Of a DNA stretch of 64,000 nucleotides, positions 59,787 to 64,000 are shown in pieces; position 1 is the stretch's first letter; each line of letters begins with the position of its first letter. The stretch spans positions 32,984,001 through 33,048,000 of the forward strand of contig NC_135769.1 of assembly GCF_052425735.1 (NCBI RefSeq). The letters run 5' to 3'. The position numbers and the translations under genes were made by a program. Source of the DNA: Oculina patagonica (taxonomy: Eukaryota). The notes below the pieces were generated by a model. It did no database searches. It was not told the DNA's origin and saw only the letters and a list, made by a program, of their open reading frames with translations.

Positions 59787-62700
59787 AAATGGCTGAAGAT
59801 AAATGAATTTTATCAAGAGGTAAATGAAATTCCTTTTGTTTTCTTCAAAAGATGACATTCGGTATTGTAAAAGACTTTTAACTTTCATTAAATGTTTTAT
59901 GATAAGCCATCATTGGCAAACCTTATATTTGTTGATTAACATTCTGCACCTGCACCTGATTAAATATGGCTGCCCGCTTTTAAGTGTTAAAAGCGAAGAA
60001 GTGACAATTTGTTTGAGGTTTGTCTTGAGGCATAATATAGCTAGTCTATTTTTTATTGTCTAAAAAACAATTTGCATGGATAAATAGGCGTGCACCATTC
60101 CGTCAGGTCAGTAGAAGCCTTAAAATGTGCGAATATCGCAGTTGAAAAGAGTCCAGAGCTGTTGACATAGCCTTCATATCCAGAACCATCCAATTGAGAA
60201 TACTTGTGTTTAACATACTTTGATTTTGTTTTTGGATTTTGGCAGATCGTAGACGACAAAAAGCGAGTTTTAATCAACTCTCATGCGAGTACTCAAGTGT
60301 GGAAACAAACACAGCGAAAAACAAATAAACCTGGATTTATTTTAATGGTTCGTTTACTGTGTAAATTTGTTCGTTTTAAGACTTCTGTTAAATTCTGTCT
60401 TCTACTGTAATTAACATTCGCTAAGGCTTGTTTGCCTTGAAGAATTTGCCATAGAAAATTTTGAGCAGTTTTACCTTAAGTTTCTTTAAGAAACGTGAAT
60501 AAAATTAAGCTGAGGAACGAAAATTTAAAGAAGCCACCGACAGAAATGTCATTATTTTTTATCTTTTATGTAAACATATGGTATGAACTGTTTAAGTAAT
60601 TTGCAGTTTTTTGTCAAACTAAAAACGTCCGTCATTAAAGTGTGTTAATTTCTGCTCTATGTTAGCTCGCTCATTAAAAGTTATTCACAATCCGAACAAT
60701 TTTGCATAAACATCTGTAGCTATTAAACATTCTTTACTTTGTCCCAATAAACAGGTTAGTATATATAAGCCTTGTCGTTTTTATGCTGAGATCACTTTCA
60801 GCCGGTGCAAGCAGTCAGCCGCACACATTGTTAGCTTGCTTCGATCAAAACTTTGAGAAGCGACAATAATTTACCGGTACAGTGATACATGAGTTGAATT
60901 TTCTTGTAAGGTTATTAATTTTCGGCCGCTCTTTCATTTGGTTTTTCTTTTGCATTTTAGATTTTTTTTTGCATTAACCTAAATAACAAATACTCAGCAA
61001 CATTTTTTTAGGATACGACCCCGAACATCTCCTTGAAATTAGACTTTCTTTGAATAATTCTAGTTAACCAACGACGGTTTCAAAAAAATCTTTTTGTTCA
61101 ACTTTCTTAATGCCCCGCCTTTTCATTCAATAATACTTCTTTGAGCTGGATACTTATCAGTAAAACTAAGAAACAAATTCCTTTTGTTGACAGGCCATCT
61201 TTTTATACTGGCTAAAGCTTTTGGCCCACAATTGCAATTTGTGTTTTTTCCAAATCATCAGCATTTTCTCCTAATACCATCATGGCGAACAACTTTGATT
61301 ATAGCAGCGCTTTTTAGTTTTTATTTTGTGTAGTCATTACTTATTATAAATGTTCATTGACTGTATTCACATAAACGAGTTTTAACTGCCACATGCGATG
61401 AAAAAGCTTTTCACGTCCTTCTTGCCTAAAAGTTTGCAAATTCTCTAGAATATGACTCCAACCAATATCGAAACACGCGTAATGAATACATGTTTTACTT
61501 GAAATTTTAAAAGTGTGTTTCAATTCTTTCGAAAAGCAAAGAAACCGTTTGTTTACAAAATATTTTGTACAAGTTTGCTCTGGCCACTTTGCAAGGAAAG
61601 ACTGAGTAGAAAAATGGCTGAAGATAAATGGAATTCCTTTTGTTTTCTTCAAAAAGATGACGTTCGGTATTGTAAAAGACTTTTAACTTTCATTAAATGT
61701 TTTATGATAAGCCATCATTGGCAAACCTTATATTTGTTGATTAACATTCTGCAACTGCTCCTGATTAAATACGGCTGCCCGCTTTTAAGTGTTAAAAGCG
61801 AAGAAGTGACAATTTGTTTGAGGTTTGTCTTCAGGCATGATATAGCTGGTCTATTTTTTATTGTTTAAAAAAACAATTTATATGTTAAATAGGCGTGCAA
61901 CATTCTGTCAGGTCAGGTTACAATGTGCGAAAAAAGCAGTTGAAAAGAGTCCAGAGTTGTCGACATAGCATATCCAGAACCACCCAATTGGGAATACTTG
62001 TGTTTAACTTACCTTAATTTTGTTTTTGGATTTTGGCAGATCGTAGACGGCAAAAAGCTAGTTCTAATCAACTCTCATGCAAGTATTCAAGTGTGGAAAC
62101 AAACACAGCGAAAAACAAATAAACCTGGCTTTATTTTAATGGTTGACTGTGTAAATTTGTTCGTTTTAAGACTTCTGTTAAATTTCGCCTTCTGCTGTAA
62201 TTAACATTATTAGGCTTATTTGCCTTGAAGAATTTGCCATAGAAGATTTTTCGCAGTTTTACCCGAAGTTTCTTTTAGAAACTTGAATAAAATAAAGCTG
62301 AGGACCGAAAATTTAAAGAAGCCACCGACAGAATTCGAAATGCCATTATTTTTTATCTTTTTTGTTATGAACTGTTTAAGTAATTTGCAGTTTTTTGTCA
62401 AACAATAAACGTCCGTCATTTAAGTGTGTTACTTTATGCTCTGTGTTAGCTCGCTCATTAAAAGTTATTCACAATCCGAACAATTTTGCATAAACATCTG
62501 TAGCTATTTAACATTCTTAACTTTGTCCCAATAAACAGGTTAGTATATATAAGCCTTGTCGTTTTTTATGCTGAGATCACTTTCAGCCGGTGCAAGCAGT
62601 CAGCCGCACACATTGTTAGCTTGCTTCGATCAAAACTTTGAGAAGCGACAATAATTTGCAGGTACAGTGATACATGAGTTGAATTTTCTTGTAAGGTTAT

Positions 62701-64000
62701 TAATTTTCGGCCGCTCTTTTATTTGGTTTTTCTTTTGCATTTTAGATTTTTTTTTTGCATTAACCTAAATAACAAATACTCAGCAACATTTTTTTACGAT
62801 ACGACCCCCGAACATTTCCTTGAAATTAAGCTTTCTTTGATGCCCCGCCTTTTCATTCAATAATACTTCTTTGAGCAGGATATTTATCAGTGAAACTAAG
62901 AAACAAATTTCTTTTGTGAACAGGCCATCTTTTTATACTGACTAAAACTTTCTGCCCACAATCGCAATTTGTGTTTTTTCCAAATAATCAGCATTTTCTC
63001 CTAATACCATCATGGCAAACAACTTTGATTATAGTAGCGCTAGCGCTTTTCAGTTTTTATTTTGTGCAATTATTACTTATTATAAATGTTCATTGACTGT
63101 ATTCAGATAAAAGAGTTTTAACTGCCACATGCGATGTGCGATGAAAAAGCTTTTTACGTCCTTCTTGCCTAAAAGTTTGCAAATTCTTTAGAATATGACT
63201 CCAACCAATATCGAAATACGTGTAATGAGTACATGTTTTACTTGAAATTTTAAAAGTGTGTTTCAATTCTTTTGAAAAGCAAAGAAACCGTTTGTTTACA
63301 AAATATTTTGTACAAGTTTGCTCTACTTTGCAAGGAAAGACTGAGTAGAAAAATGGCTGAAGATAAATGAAATTCCTTTTGTTTTCTTCAAAAGATGACG
63401 TTCGGTATTGTAAAAGACTTTTAACTTTCATTAAATGTTTTATGATAAGCCATCATTGGAAAACCTTATATTTGTTGATTAACATTCTGCACCTGCTCCT
63501 GATTAAAGATGGCTGCCCGCTTTTAAGTGTTAAAAGCGAAGAAGTGACAATTTGTTTGAGGTTTGTCTTCAGGCATGATATAGCTGGTCTATTTTTTATT
63601 GTTTAAAAAAACAATTTATATGTTAAATAGGCGTGCAACATTCTGTCAGGTCAGGTTACAATGTGCGAAAAAAGCAGTTGAAAAGAGTCCAGAGTTGTCG
63701 ACATAGCATATCCAGAACCATCCTAATTGGGAATACTTGTGTTTAACTTACCTTAATTTTGTTTTTGGATTTTGGCAGATCGTAGACGGCAAAAAGTTAG
63801 TTCTAATCAACTCTCATGCAAGTATTCAAGTGTGGAAACAAACACAGCGAAAAACAAATAAACCTGGCTTTATTTTAATGGTTGACTGTGTAAATTTGTT
63901 CGTTTTAAGACTTCTGTTAAATTTCGCCTTCTGCTGTAATTAACATTATTAGGCTTATTTCCCTTGAAGAATTTGCCATAGAAGATTTTTCGCAGTTTTA
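59787..64000. repeat. ~1.8-kb tandem segmental repeat, at least 2.3 copies, continuing off the window
   Basis: aaaatggctgaagataaatg recurs at ~59787, ~61612 and ~63351; duplicated ORF-track peptides at 59824/61515/63367 and 60204/61998/63737; the second half of the unit is homologous to 50990-51985. Confidence 0.93.

Noticed and set aside
59824-63943. Repeated short ORFs (MKFLLFSSK..., MCLTY...) as a peptide gene family
   Set aside because: Non-ATG or shifting starts and indels between copies; explained by the tandem duplication.

Overview
AT-rich, intron-rich eukaryotic DNA, most likely a stony coral or other hexacorallian cnidarian (inferred from gene content, HIRamide-type peptides and repeat families). 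I assembled GT-AG, phase-consistent gene models by hand: PMM phosphomannomutase (-, 3' end outside window), GH29 alpha-L-fucosidase (-, 8 exons), an SRPBCC/START-like protein (-, 2 exons) head-to-head with an NR3/ERR-like nuclear receptor (+, 3 exons), EME1 with an N-terminal CUE-like domain (-, 12 exons), a neuropeptide precursor the ORF track misses, in which five exons each encode one ...Y(F/Y/M)GHIR-amide peptide (+), and an intronless SGNH hydrolase (-) with a broken partial paralog. Introns and intergenic DNA hold a full-length PIF/Harbinger transposon with one nonsense codon, AcademH-like and other MITEs with clear target-site duplications (TSDs), two LINE 3' fragments, foldback elements, a minimal hammerhead-ribozyme motif fused to a 28-bp array, a 63/54-bp satellite rich in CRE motifs, and a ~1.8-kb tandem repeat that copies the putative neuropeptide promoter and first exon. 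An N gap lies at 24140-24281. All calls are by eye; no database search was run.
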